Below, one piece after another: positions 16,279-24,624 of a DNA stretch of 49,911 bases. Below the pieces are notes generated by a model. It was not told the DNA's origin and ran no database searches. It saw nothing but the letters and a program-made list of their open reading frames with translations. The position numbers were made by a program, and so were the translations under genes. The first letter of the stretch is position 1. Each line of letters begins with the position of its first letter. This stretch comes from a bacterium (lineage in GTDB: Bacteria; Patescibacteriota; Minisyncoccia; Minisyncoccales; PEYH01): NCBI GenBank assembly GCA_021161645.1, contig JAGHAC010000046.1:1-49911 (forward strand). The letters are read 5' to 3'.

Positions 16279-18189
16279 CTATTGCTTGAATCTTTTCAAT
16301 ACTTCTAGCATTATTTGGTGCCAGATAGGACCGGCAATCGTTACAGCCGGTTTTTTTGCCATAGGAGTATTATCGTTATTACCTACCCATATTCCTACAA
16401 CTGTTGACTTGGAATAACCAACAACCCAAGCATCGCGAAAGCTGTCTGTGGTACCAGTTTTGGCAGCTACCCAATGTCCAGGAAAATAAAGAGGAGAGTT
16501 AATACCGAACATTGGCGCACGTGCTTTGTTATCAGAGAGAATACTGTTGATTAGCTGACAGGCGTTTTTGTCCAAAATTCTTCTTAGGCTTGTCTGAGTA
16601 TTATCTTCTATGATTCGTCCTCTGTTGTCTAAAATTTTTATTACCGCCTTGGTTTGGGTTTTCAATCCTTCAGTGGTAAAAACTCCGTAAGCGCTGGTTA
16701 GCTCAAGTAATTTGACTTCTCCTCCACCTAGAACTAATGCTGGACCATAAAATGCCCCAGGCTTATCAAGAGTAGTAATTCCCATCATTTTCGCTGTTCT
16801 TAAACTGTCTTCGATGCCAGCTAGATATAACAAAACTTTAACAGCAGGGATATTTAAAGATTGGGCAAGAGCTTGCCTTAAGGTCACGGGACCTCTAAAT
16901 TTTCCGTCATAGTTTTGAGGAATGTAGTATTTGTTACCCCATTTGCCAAAATTGGTGAGCTCGTCAACAACTATAGTTTTGTCACTATAACCTTTTTGAA
17001 AAGCAGTAACATAAATAATAGGCTTTAAAGCAGAGCCTGGTTGCTGACCAATTCCATAAACAGCAACATTTACTTTTGGTTCAAATAAGCAATTTTTTCC
17101 AGGTGTACATTTTTCAGGATACGGTTTTCCAAAATAATCTTTAGATCCAATCATTGTAAGAATTTCCCCAGTATAAGGATTTAAAATCACTACCGAGGCA
17201 TTATAGGCACCGTATGATTTTAAAAATTCATCGTTTTTTTGGATAATTTCTTTTGTTTTTTGGTACAAGTCCCAATCTAAAGTGGTATAAACATTCAAGC
17301 CTGCTTCTTTGAGATACTCAGAACCGTATTTTTTTTCAAGATAGTCCTTAACATACAAAACAAAGTGGGGAGCTTTTATCTTATCTTTATATTCGCTAAA
17401 TATAATATCTTCGTTTTTTGCTTTTTGGTATTCCTCTTGGGTAATAAAATGATCTTCAAGCATTTTCGTAAGAGTATCATCTTTGCGTTTTAAAAGTTCC
17501 TGGCGGTGTTGCCAATAGAAACTCGGTGCTTTAATAGTAGAAGCTAGGAGAGCTGCTTCTGGTAAAGTTAATTCTTTAGCAGGTTTGTTAAAGTAGGATT
17601 GAGCGGCTTCTTCGACTCCATAAATATTGGGACCAAAAGATATTTGATTAAGATACCATTCTAAAATTTGATCCTTTGAATATCGTCTCTCTAACTCCAA
17701 GGTTAAAATTATTTCTCTTATTTTTCGAGTAACGGTTTTTTGGGAAGTAAGAAAAGTGGAGCGTATTAGTTGTTGAGAAATAGTTGATCCTCCGTAGGTA
17801 GGTTTTTTAATTTTTAGGTTAATCAAAATGGCCCTAAGAATTCCCTGGAAGTCTATGCCATGATGTTTATAAAAATTTTTATCTTCTGCGGCAAGTACAG
17901 CCTTAATTAAATAAGGCGAAATCTCGCTTAGTTTTACTGGTTCTCTTCGTTCTTCTCCATAAATTGTATAAAGAAGCACCTTGCCTGTGCGATCATATAT
18001 TTTTGTAGGCAAAGCTAGCTGTCTTTCCTCAAAAACTTCTGGACGGGGAAGGTCTTTAGCGTAATAAATGAAAATTCCCAGCCCTGCAACAATAAAGAAA
18101 GTAACAAACAAAAGAAAAAATTTTAAGATTATAAAGAAAGGTCTTTTTTTTGTGACAATAATTTTTTTATCTCTCTTTTTGTTAAGCAT
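16279..18189 (-). CDS. Class A penicillin-binding protein (glycosyltransferase + transpeptidase)
   Basis: N-terminal TM anchor. GT51 motifs AAEDKNFYKHHGID and GGSTISQQL, and transpeptidase motifs SALKP (SxxK) and KTGTT. Confidence 0.9.
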   Translation of the reverse strand: MLNKKRDKKIIVTKKRPFFIILKFFLLFVTFFIVAGLGIFIYYAKDLPRPEVFEERQLALPTKIYDRTGKVLLYTIYGEERREPVKLSEISPYLIKAVLAAEDKNFYKHHGIDFQGILRAILINLKIKKPTYGGSTISQQLIRSTFLTSQKTVTRKIREIILTLELERRYSKDQILEWYLNQISFGPNIYGVEEAAQSYFNKPAKELTLPEAALLASTIKAPSFYWQHRQELLKRKDDTLTKMLEDHFITQEEYQKAKNEDIIFSEYKDKIKAPHFVLYVKDYLEKKYGSEYLKEAGLNVYTTLDWDLYQKTKEIIQKNDEFLKSYGAYNASVVILNPYTGEILTMIGSKDYFGKPYPEKCTPGKNCLFEPKVNVAVYGIGQQPGSALKPIIYVTAFQKGYSDKTIVVDELTNFGKWGNKYYIPQNYDGKFRGPVTLRQALAQSLNIPAVKVLLYLAGIEDSLRTAKMMGITTLDKPGAFYGPALVLGGGEVKLLELTSAYGVFTTEGLKTQTKAVIKILDNRGRIIEDNTQTSLRRILDKNACQLINSILSDNKARAPMFGINSPLYFPGHWVAAKTGTTDSFRDAWVVGYSKSTVVGIWVGNNDNTPMAKKPAVTIAGPIWHQIMLEVLKRFKQ

Positions 18190-18206
18190 ATTTATATATT
18201 ATAAAC

Positions 18207-18237
18207 AAAACCCCCTCGCTTCAAGCGAGGGGGTTTT
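18207..18237 (-). terminator. Intrinsic terminator
   Basis: AAAA-CCCCCTCGC-ttcaa-GCGAGGGGG-TTTT is a perfect 9 bp GC-rich stem flanked by A and T runs. It lies 11 nt downstream of the stop of the acidic ORF on the minus strand. Confidence 0.8.
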
Positions 18238-18247
18238 AAGAAGATAA

Positions 18248-18454
18248 TTAAGCTTCTTCTTTTCCTTCTTCCCATTCATCTGACTCATCTGAACCTTCGT
18301 CTTCTTCTAGCTCTTCTTCACCTTCTTCTTCCCAGTTTTCTCCTGTTTCTTCTTCTCCTTCTGTTTCTTCAGTGCCTTCTTCGGTTATTTCTTCGTCAGA
18401 TTCCTCTTCTAATTCTTCCTGATTGGTCAGGAATAAATCTGCTTTATATTCCAT
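18248..18454 (-). CDS. Hyper-acidic 68 aa protein (32 Glu + 5 Asp)
   Basis: ATG-initiated ORF followed by a strong terminator. After the short N-terminus MEYKADLFLTNQ the sequence is nearly all E/D/G/T/S with two W. No clear Shine-Dalgarno sequence, so coding status is uncertain. Confidence 0.5.
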   Translation of the reverse strand: MEYKADLFLTNQEELEEESDEEITEEGTEETEGEEETGENWEEEGEEELEEDEGSDESDEWEEGKEEA

Positions 18455-18531
18455 AAATTTAAAAGCTTATTTTTTAATTTAAAACGACCTTTGTGGTCTA
18501 TAAAGTAATTATATTTTTTGAAAAGAGCCTG

Positions 18532-19032
18532 TCAAGCACTTTTTTCACATTTTTGATTTTTAATTATTGTTGAGCAACATACAGCAATGGCTATGGCGTC
18601 AGCAGCATCATCTGGCTTCGGGATTTCCTTCAGCTGAAACATTTCTTGTATCATTCTTTGGATTTGTTTTTTTTGAGCGCGACCATAACCTACAATGTTT
18701 AGTTTAACTTGAAGAGGGCTAAACTCATAAACTGGAATTTTGTTTTTTGCCGCCCAAAATAAAATTACTCCCTTAGTTTGACTTACTTTTATAGCTGTTT
18801 TTGAATTTTTAAAGAAAAAAACACTTTCTATTGCTAGAATATCGGGTTTGTTTTTTTTAACTATCTGTTTCAGTTTCTTATATGTTTGATTAAGCCTTTG
18901 AGCGTCTGAGAAATTCGGGGTAGTATAGATGCAACCATATTCGATTAAGCTTAATTTTCCTGTTTTTTTACTGAATCTTATCAGTCCGTAGCCAGTAGTT
19001 GCTGTCCCAGGATCTATGCCCAAGATAATCAT
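18532..19032 (-). CDS. ruvC: Holliday junction resolvase RuvC
   Basis: MIILGIDPGTATTGYGLI N-terminus plus DAADAIAIA near the C-terminus. Confidence 0.9.
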   Translation of the reverse strand: MIILGIDPGTATTGYGLIRFSKKTGKLSLIEYGCIYTTPNFSDAQRLNQTYKKLKQIVKKNKPDILAIESVFFFKNSKTAIKVSQTKGVILFWAAKNKIPVYEFSPLQVKLNIVGYGRAQKKQIQRMIQEMFQLKEIPKPDDAADAIAIAVCCSTIIKNQKCEKSA

Positions 19033-19035
19033 ATT

Positions 19036-19758
19036 TTAAGAGAGCTTAATATTAGAGTAAATTTCCTGCACATCATCATTTTCGTTCAACGCCTCAAATA
19101 GTTTTTCCGCCTGTCTTTTTGTTTCTTCTGGAACTTCTATCTCTTCTTTTGGCACCCAGCCAAGAGCTGCCGACTCTATTTTTAGATTGAGATTTTTTAA
19201 GTTGTCTTTTACTTTTTCTAATTGATCCGGTTTGGTGTAGATTTCTAATACAGAATCTTGCCATTTTAAGTCTTCTGCTCCAGCTTCTATTGCTTGAAGT
19301 TCAACGCTTTCCTTCTCTTTATTTTCTGTGTCAACGGTGATTATTCCTGATTTATAAAACATCCATCGTTGGGATCCTTCCTGCGCTAGTTTTCCGTTGT
19401 GTTTCGCGAGAATGTTTTTAATTTCATTCAGAGTTCGATTTTTATTATTCGTGATGCCCTCAATAATGATTGCTATTTTCCCTCCTGGTCCCAAAGCATC
19501 GAAGGTAAATTCTTCTAAGCTTTCTCCCTCAATCTTTCCTGCGCCTCGCTGAATAGCTCTTTCAATATTTTCATTTGGCATTCTAAATTCCTTAGCTCTT
19601 TCAATAGCCATTCTTAACCGAGAATTGGTTTCCGGATCAGCACCATCTCTCGCAGCAACACTAATAACCCGCGCCAACTTAGAAAAGATTTGGGCTCTTT
19701 TTTTATCTTCAAGCTCTTTTTTATGTTTTATACCATGCCAATGGCTGTGACCAGACAT
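19036..19758 (-). CDS. yebC: YebC/PmpR-family probable transcriptional regulator
   Basis: MSGHSHWHGIKHKK N-terminus, 240 aa, upstream of ruvC as in many bacteria. Confidence 0.9.
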   Translation of the reverse strand: MSGHSHWHGIKHKKELEDKKRAQIFSKLARVISVAARDGADPETNSRLRMAIERAKEFRMPNENIERAIQRGAGKIEGESLEEFTFDALGPGGKIAIIIEGITNNKNRTLNEIKNILAKHNGKLAQEGSQRWMFYKSGIITVDTENKEKESVELQAIEAGAEDLKWQDSVLEIYTKPDQLEKVKDNLKNLNLKIESAALGWVPKEEIEVPEETKRQAEKLFEALNENDDVQEIYSNIKLS

Positions 19759-19766
19759 ATGTAAAA

Positions 19767-20489
19767 TTAATAATTTTTCTTCCTTCTATTAAATTTAAAT
19801 TTAGAAAAGAGAAAAGTCAAAGAAAAGGAGGAGATATTTGCCAAGAGAAGTTGAGAGAGAAAGGAGTTTTTGGCAGAAAAGGTTTTTAGGCTTATTCTCT
19901 CTTTATCTGGGGTATTTTCTGCTTGTTTTTTGAGGGAAAGAACTAAGTTTTTTCTTTTTGGAGTTCCGCTAGGATAAATACTAGTTTGCCAGTTTTTAGG
20001 ATCTGATCCCGGCACATAAGCACTTCTTCTTTCCATAGTTCTTTTTGTCTTATTGTCTCCCGCAAACCATCCTTCTTTACAGTTAACTTCGTCAACTATT
20101 TTACCCCTTTTGTTTATTAGCATCAAATATCCTCCGCTATTTTTTAACGCGCCAGTATAAATAAAATCCGCCTTAATATCAGGTAGTGTTTCTTCCGAAG
20201 TTCTTTCTAAAGTAAAAAAAGAAAAAGGCGTAATTTTTCCCTTAAGAACAATATTTATTTTCCCAAGCCTGTCTATAAGCCGCCAACCATTTATATTTAT
20301 GTTTTTGTCGGTGGGATTATAAAGCTCGATCCACTCTTTGGTATAGTCATTTTTACTTCCCGCCCAGGCGATTTCGTTTATTACAACCGATTCTACCTTA
20401 GCCCAACAGGTTGAGGTTTGCCAAAACAGACTTACAGAAATAAAAAAGAATATTTTTGATATAATCTTTGACAATATGACTTTTGACAC
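19767..20489 (-). CDS. Lamin-tail-domain (LTD) surface protein with N- and C-terminal hydrophobic segments
   Basis: VVINEIAWAGSKNDYTKEWIELYNPTDKNININGWRL is the LTD signature. It has an N-terminal signal/anchor and a C-terminal hydrophobic tail. The apparent start codon is GTG. Confidence 0.7.
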   Translation of the reverse strand: MSKVILSKIISKIFFFISVSLFWQTSTCWAKVESVVINEIAWAGSKNDYTKEWIELYNPTDKNININGWRLIDRLGKINIVLKGKITPFSFFTLERTSEETLPDIKADFIYTGALKNSGGYLMLINKRGKIVDEVNCKEGWFAGDNKTKRTMERRSAYVPGSDPKNWQTSIYPSGTPKRKNLVLSLKKQAENTPDKERISLKTFSAKNSFLSQLLLANISSFSLTFLFSKFKFNRRKKNY

Positions 20490-20509
20490 GCTTGCTTTTA
20501 AAATAATTT

Positions 20510-21517
20510 TTAGAAAGACATTTGGCTATTTTTAGAAGAAATTCCCAAATGGGTGTAAGCAAGGTCGGTTGCTATTCTGCCCCGTTGGGTTCTTTTTAAA
20601 AGCCCTAACTGAAGGAGGTAAGGCTCATATATTTCTAAGATAGTGTCAATTTCTTCTCCTACTGTTGCTGCTAATGCTTGAATTCCTACGGGCCCGCCAT
20701 TAAACTTTTGGATTATCGCCCTTAAAATTTTTCGATCTGCTTCTTCTAATCCCAGTTTATCAATTCCCATAGCCTCAAACCCTAAAATGGCTATTTGTTT
20801 GTCAATAATACCATTTCCTTCAATCTGGGCGAAATCGCGAAGCCTTTTTAAAAGTCTGTTTGCTACTCGAGGCGTAAAACGACATCTTTCCGAAATGAAT
20901 TCTACGGCTTTCTCAGTTATTTCTACCCCGAGAATTTTGGCAGAACGTCCGATGATTTTTTTGATATCTTCTTTTGTGTAGAAATTTAATTGAAAAGTGG
21001 CTCCAAAACGACTTCTTAAAGGAGAAGATAAAAGAGCTATTCTTGTTGTTGCTCCTATAAGAGTAAATTTTGGGAGCTTGAGTTCAATTGTTCTTGCCAT
21101 AACTCCTCTGCCGGCCATAAGGTGCAATTTAAAATCTTCCATTGCAGGATAGATCAACTCTTCACATGTTTTACTTAGTCTATGAATTTCATCTATAAAA
21201 AGAATGTCTCCTTCTGATAGGTTAGTAAGAAGAGCTGCCAAATCTCCGGGTTTTTCAATCATAGGACCGGCAGTAATTCTGATATTTGTCTTTAGCTCTT
21301 TAGCAATAAGATAAGCAAGCGTTGTTTTACCTAATCCAGGAGATCCATAGAAGAGGAGATGATCTGGATTTTCCTTTCTTTTTTTTGCCGCCTCAATAAT
21401 AACTTTCAGGTTTTTTTTAACCCGTTCCTGTCCAATATACTCTTCCCATTTTTGAGGCCGTAAAACAGCATCTATTGTCTCCTCGGTTGCGCGTGGGGTT
21501 TCTCCCTTGACAGACAT
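20510..21517 (-). CDS. ruvB: Holliday junction branch-migration ATPase RuvB
   Basis: LRPQKWEEYIGQERVK, Walker A GSPGLGKTTLA and Walker B ILFIDEIHRL. Confidence 0.95.
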   Translation of the reverse strand: MSVKGETPRATEETIDAVLRPQKWEEYIGQERVKKNLKVIIEAAKKRKENPDHLLFYGSPGLGKTTLAYLIAKELKTNIRITAGPMIEKPGDLAALLTNLSEGDILFIDEIHRLSKTCEELIYPAMEDFKLHLMAGRGVMARTIELKLPKFTLIGATTRIALLSSPLRSRFGATFQLNFYTKEDIKKIIGRSAKILGVEITEKAVEFISERCRFTPRVANRLLKRLRDFAQIEGNGIIDKQIAILGFEAMGIDKLGLEEADRKILRAIIQKFNGGPVGIQALAATVGEEIDTILEIYEPYLLQLGLLKRTQRGRIATDLAYTHLGISSKNSQMSF

Positions 21518-21535
21518 TTTGATGTTTGCTATAAT
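21507..21535 (+). promoter_or_regulatory. Consensus sigma70-type promoter on the plus strand
   Basis: TTGACA (21507-21512), exactly 17 nt of spacer, then TATAAT (21530-21535), preceded by TGc (extended -10). The -35 overlaps the first codons of ruvB on the other strand. Confidence 0.65.
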
Positions 21536-21540
21536 ATGTT

Positions 21541-21657
21541 AAGTCCCTGACTGGAAGAGGAATTTTTCTTAGCTACTGGGTAGCCTGGCTCTGGCTGGGC
21601 TATGCCTCGGAAAAATTCTGGTTTTGGTTGCTTTCCAAGATTTCCAGTCAGGGATTT
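21541..21657 (+). ncRNA. Candidate ~117 nt structured small RNA of unknown class
   Basis: It starts 6-8 nt after the -10. A 16 bp closing stem pairs 21541-21556 with 21642-21657, and a 9 bp inner stem pairs 21560-21568 with 21610-21618. The apical GC-rich hairpin (21581-21588/21595-21602) has two G-U pairs that form only on the plus strand. A T-rich tail (TTTTAAATTTTT) follows. Both flanking genes are on the minus strand. Confidence 0.45.
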
Positions 21658-21672
21658 TAAATTTTTAAGTTG

Positions 21673-22971
21673 TTATCTTTCCATGGCTACTCTTTTTACC
21701 TCTTCTATGGTGGTAATTTTCTCTATAACCTTTATCAAACCATCTTTATACATAGAAACCATTCCTCTTTTCTCCGCCAGTTTTCTCATCTCGGAGACAG
21801 ATGGTTTTTTAAGAATCAGGTCTTCCATTTCAGAATCTACTAAAAAAGCTTCAAAAATGCCCACTCTTCCTTTATAACCAGTAAAGTTGCAGTATTTGCA
21901 ACCTTTTGCTTCCATAACTTCTAAATCCTGAGAAATTTTAGGAATTTTAATATCTTTGGGTAAGTTAGAGAATTCTGATTTTAACATTTGGAATTCTTCA
22001 GGACTAATTTTTCTAGGGAGAGCACATTTTGGACAAATTTTTCTTACCAATCTTTGGGCAATAACCATATTAATTGCCGGTGCAATATTAATAGGATTTG
22101 CTCCCAAAGATGCCAGTCTTGGAATAGCACCCGGAGCATCGTTTGTATGAAGAGTAGAAAAAACAAGATGTCCGGTAAGAGCAGCCTGTAGAGCAATTTC
22201 AGCGGTTTCTTTATCTCTGATTTCTCCTACTAGAATAACATCCGGATCTTGACGAACAATGGACCTAAGGCCATTTGCAAAATCGTATCCTTTTTCTGGG
22301 TGAACTTCTGTTTGCGAGATTCCTTCTAATCTGTACTCAATTGGATCTTCGATAGTAATAATTTTAATCTCAGGCTTTTGAAGGAAGCGCAGGAAAGCAT
22401 ACAAAGTAGTAGTTTTTCCTGAACCAGTAGGACCAGTCACAATAATCATTCCGTTTGGTTTCTGGATTTCATTTTTAAATAATTCTAGAAGATCTTTTCT
22501 TAACCCCAATTCTTCAATGTTTTTTAAACTTTGAGGGTTGAGAATTCTCATTACGATAGATTCTCCATAATCTGCAGGCAGGACAGAAGTTCTAATTTCT
22601 ATTTCTAATTGAGGTAGAGCAACGGAAAAACTTCCATCTTGGGCCCTATCGTGAATGTTTAGTTTTAGTCCCGCCAACAATTTTATTCGCGAAAGCAAAA
22701 GATGGTATGTTTCTACTCGAAAAGAGAAAACATCTTGTAGCATTCCGTCTAACCGGATTCTTAAACGAACACTTTCTTCCTGTGGTTCTAGATGAATGTC
22801 TGAAGCAAATAAATGAATTGATCCAGTCAAGATCAAGCCGAGAAGATCACTAATATCTTTATCAAGAAATTTTTCTATTTCTTTGGCAAAATCAGAAACG
22901 CTTTCGATTTCTTTTTGAGCCAGTTTCTGAATTTCTGGAGGTATAACAATTTTGTCTGTTATTGTTACCAT
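21673..22971 (-). CDS. Short GspE/PilB-family secretion ATPase (lacks the long N-terminal domains)
   Basis: Walker A GPTGSGKTTT, Asp box EDPIEY, Walker B DPDVILVGEIRD, His box LTGHLVFSTLHTN and the tetracysteine CPKC...CKYC. I prefer the ATG at 22971; the ORF track uses the TTG at 22980. Confidence 0.85.
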   Translation of the reverse strand: MVTITDKIVIPPEIQKLAQKEIESVSDFAKEIEKFLDKDISDLLGLILTGSIHLFASDIHLEPQEESVRLRIRLDGMLQDVFSFRVETYHLLLSRIKLLAGLKLNIHDRAQDGSFSVALPQLEIEIRTSVLPADYGESIVMRILNPQSLKNIEELGLRKDLLELFKNEIQKPNGMIIVTGPTGSGKTTTLYAFLRFLQKPEIKIITIEDPIEYRLEGISQTEVHPEKGYDFANGLRSIVRQDPDVILVGEIRDKETAEIALQAALTGHLVFSTLHTNDAPGAIPRLASLGANPINIAPAINMVIAQRLVRKICPKCALPRKISPEEFQMLKSEFSNLPKDIKIPKISQDLEVMEAKGCKYCNFTGYKGRVGIFEAFLVDSEMEDLILKKPSVSEMRKLAEKRGMVSMYKDGLIKVIEKITTIEEVKRVAMER

Positions 22972-22976
22972 AGAAT

Positions 22977-24059
22977 TCAACAGCTTGAAATTTCTTGTAT
23001 TAGTTTCTCCTTTTTTTCTTTCGGTATTTGGAAGAGAAGGGCTTTTCCATTGGTTTGCCCTCCAAATTTAGAAGCAAGTCTAACCAATGTTTCTTTTTCT
23101 GGAAAATAAAAAACCCCTCCAAGAGATGATAAGTCAGCATGGGACTCCCATAAAATTAGAAGAGAGGGGAAATTGAATACTTGAACGCGAAGCATTTTAA
23201 TAAGATAAATAATTTTTTGACGATCTATATCAGCGAATTCCTTTTTGGTTAAGATCACTAAAGGAATATTGTTTTCGCCTATTACTTTAATTCTTTTTAA
23301 TACTTTCTCAGAAAAAGTCAAAACTTCGGGATTAGGATTTCTCAAAAAGAGCCTTAGAATATTTTTTATTTCTAAAGCATTTCTTTGGGCAAGGGTAAAA
23401 ACCTGTAATATTTTTTCGGGATCTTTTTTGTAATAGTCAATTATTCCTACAAAAAGATTTTCTAGCAAAATTTTATCTTCTGTTTTTGGCAAAAGATTTA
23501 TGGCCAGTTGATGAACTATTTCCGAAAGAGCCATATCCTTTTTTATCCAATTTATTTGCCCAAAATTAAAATTGTCTTTTTGGTTATCTATATTCAAAAT
23601 GAAACCCTCAAAAAATGTTTTAAAGTTTTTTTCATAATATTCTCCTAACTCTTCTAAATTTCTTACTCCAAGAGAAATAATTAAATCAACATTTAAATTT
23701 AGAGGATCGTCTTCTAAAGAAAAAAGACGAATGTTGTTAGAAGAGGAGGAGTTTTTTGATAAGGTAATTAGCAATCGGAAAGATTCGGAGCTTTTTTGAT
23801 AATACAGTTCAGAGATATTGTTTGGAGGTGAGATTTCCAGAATATAGGTATCAAGGTTATCGATAGGGTGAGGCAAAAGAGAGAATTTATTCTTGATTGT
23901 TTCCGGATAAATATTTACTTTTTTGCCAATCCTTTTTAGAGTGTAAAAAAGGCAAAAAAACGCAGATATTAAATCTAAAGTTAATTTACCACTTTTGGTA
24001 ACTAAAAGCACAGACTGAGAGTTGATTATTTTTTGTCTAATCTCTTGAAGTTCGTCCAT
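22977..24059 (-). CDS. Degenerate DHH/DHHA1-like protein (NrnA-like layout, catalytic motifs substituted)
   Basis: Its length and order resemble NrnA-type phosphoesterases. ILNIDNQ sits where IDHH is expected, and LASKFGGQTNGKALLF sits where the DHHA1 GGGH motif is expected. I prefer the ATG at 24059; the TTG at 24098 gives the longest ORF. The family call is from memory-based alignment only. Confidence 0.35.
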   Translation of the reverse strand: MDELQEIRQKIINSQSVLLVTKSGKLTLDLISAFFCLFYTLKRIGKKVNIYPETIKNKFSLLPHPIDNLDTYILEISPPNNISELYYQKSSESFRLLITLSKNSSSSNNIRLFSLEDDPLNLNVDLIISLGVRNLEELGEYYEKNFKTFFEGFILNIDNQKDNFNFGQINWIKKDMALSEIVHQLAINLLPKTEDKILLENLFVGIIDYYKKDPEKILQVFTLAQRNALEIKNILRLFLRNPNPEVLTFSEKVLKRIKVIGENNIPLVILTKKEFADIDRQKIIYLIKMLRVQVFNFPSLLILWESHADLSSLGGVFYFPEKETLVRLASKFGGQTNGKALLFQIPKEKKEKLIQEISSC

Positions 24060-24112
24060 AATCTTTTTCAATTTAATTCCAAAGATTCCAAAAGTCAATT
24101 TTGTGAGATTTA

Positions 24113-24613
24113 ATGAAATCTAAAGCAAATAACAAGAAAAAATTATTGTGTGCTTCTCTTTCAGCACGAGAAACCCGCAAAATGGGTAAAATTTTTGCCC
24201 GCAAAGTTTTAAATTGTGGTTTCTTAAACAAAAATCTAAGAAAACAGGCAATAGTCATAGCTTTGGAGGGAGATTTAGGCGGCGGGAAAACAACTTTTGC
24301 TCAAGGATTTGCTAAGGGACTGGGCATTGAAAGAAAAATTTTAAGCCCTACATTTGTGATTATAAAAAGATATCCAATTCCAGCAGTAAAGAGTAGCTAT
24401 TTCTGCCACATAGATTGTTATCGAATTAAATCTTCAAAAGATCTTAAAAGCATAGGAATAAAAAGATTAATAAAAGACACAAGAAATATTATTATTATTG
24501 AATGGGCTGAAAAAATTAGAGAAATACTTCCCGAAGACACCATTTGGATCCGTTTTGAGTTTGTAGATTTAAAGAAGAGAAGAATTTATAGTTCTTGGTG
24601 CGGGAAAAATTAA
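24113..24613 (+). CDS. tsaE: tRNA t6A37 biosynthesis ATPase TsaE
   Basis: ALEGDLGGGKTTFAQGFAKGLGI...SPTFVIIKRY, the P-loop plus SPTF signature of the TsaE/YjeE family. Confidence 0.85.
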   Translation: MKSKANNKKKLLCASLSARETRKMGKIFARKVLNCGFLNKNLRKQAIVIALEGDLGGGKTTFAQGFAKGLGIERKILSPTFVIIKRYPIPAVKSSYFCHIDCYRIKSSKDLKSIGIKRLIKDTRNIIIIEWAEKIREILPEDTIWIRFEFVDLKKRRIYSSWCGKN

Positions 24614-24624
24614 TATTCTCTTTT

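Noticed and set aside
21541-21657. Considered that the structured intergenic element is the SRP (4.5S/ffs) RNA, given its size and long closing stem.
   Set aside because: Neither strand shows the conserved helix-8 features I expect (a GNRA, usually GGAA, tetraloop followed by a GGAAGCAGC-like strand with AGCA). The only AGCA lies on the minus strand outside the apical region. I left it as an unknown-class sRNA candidate.
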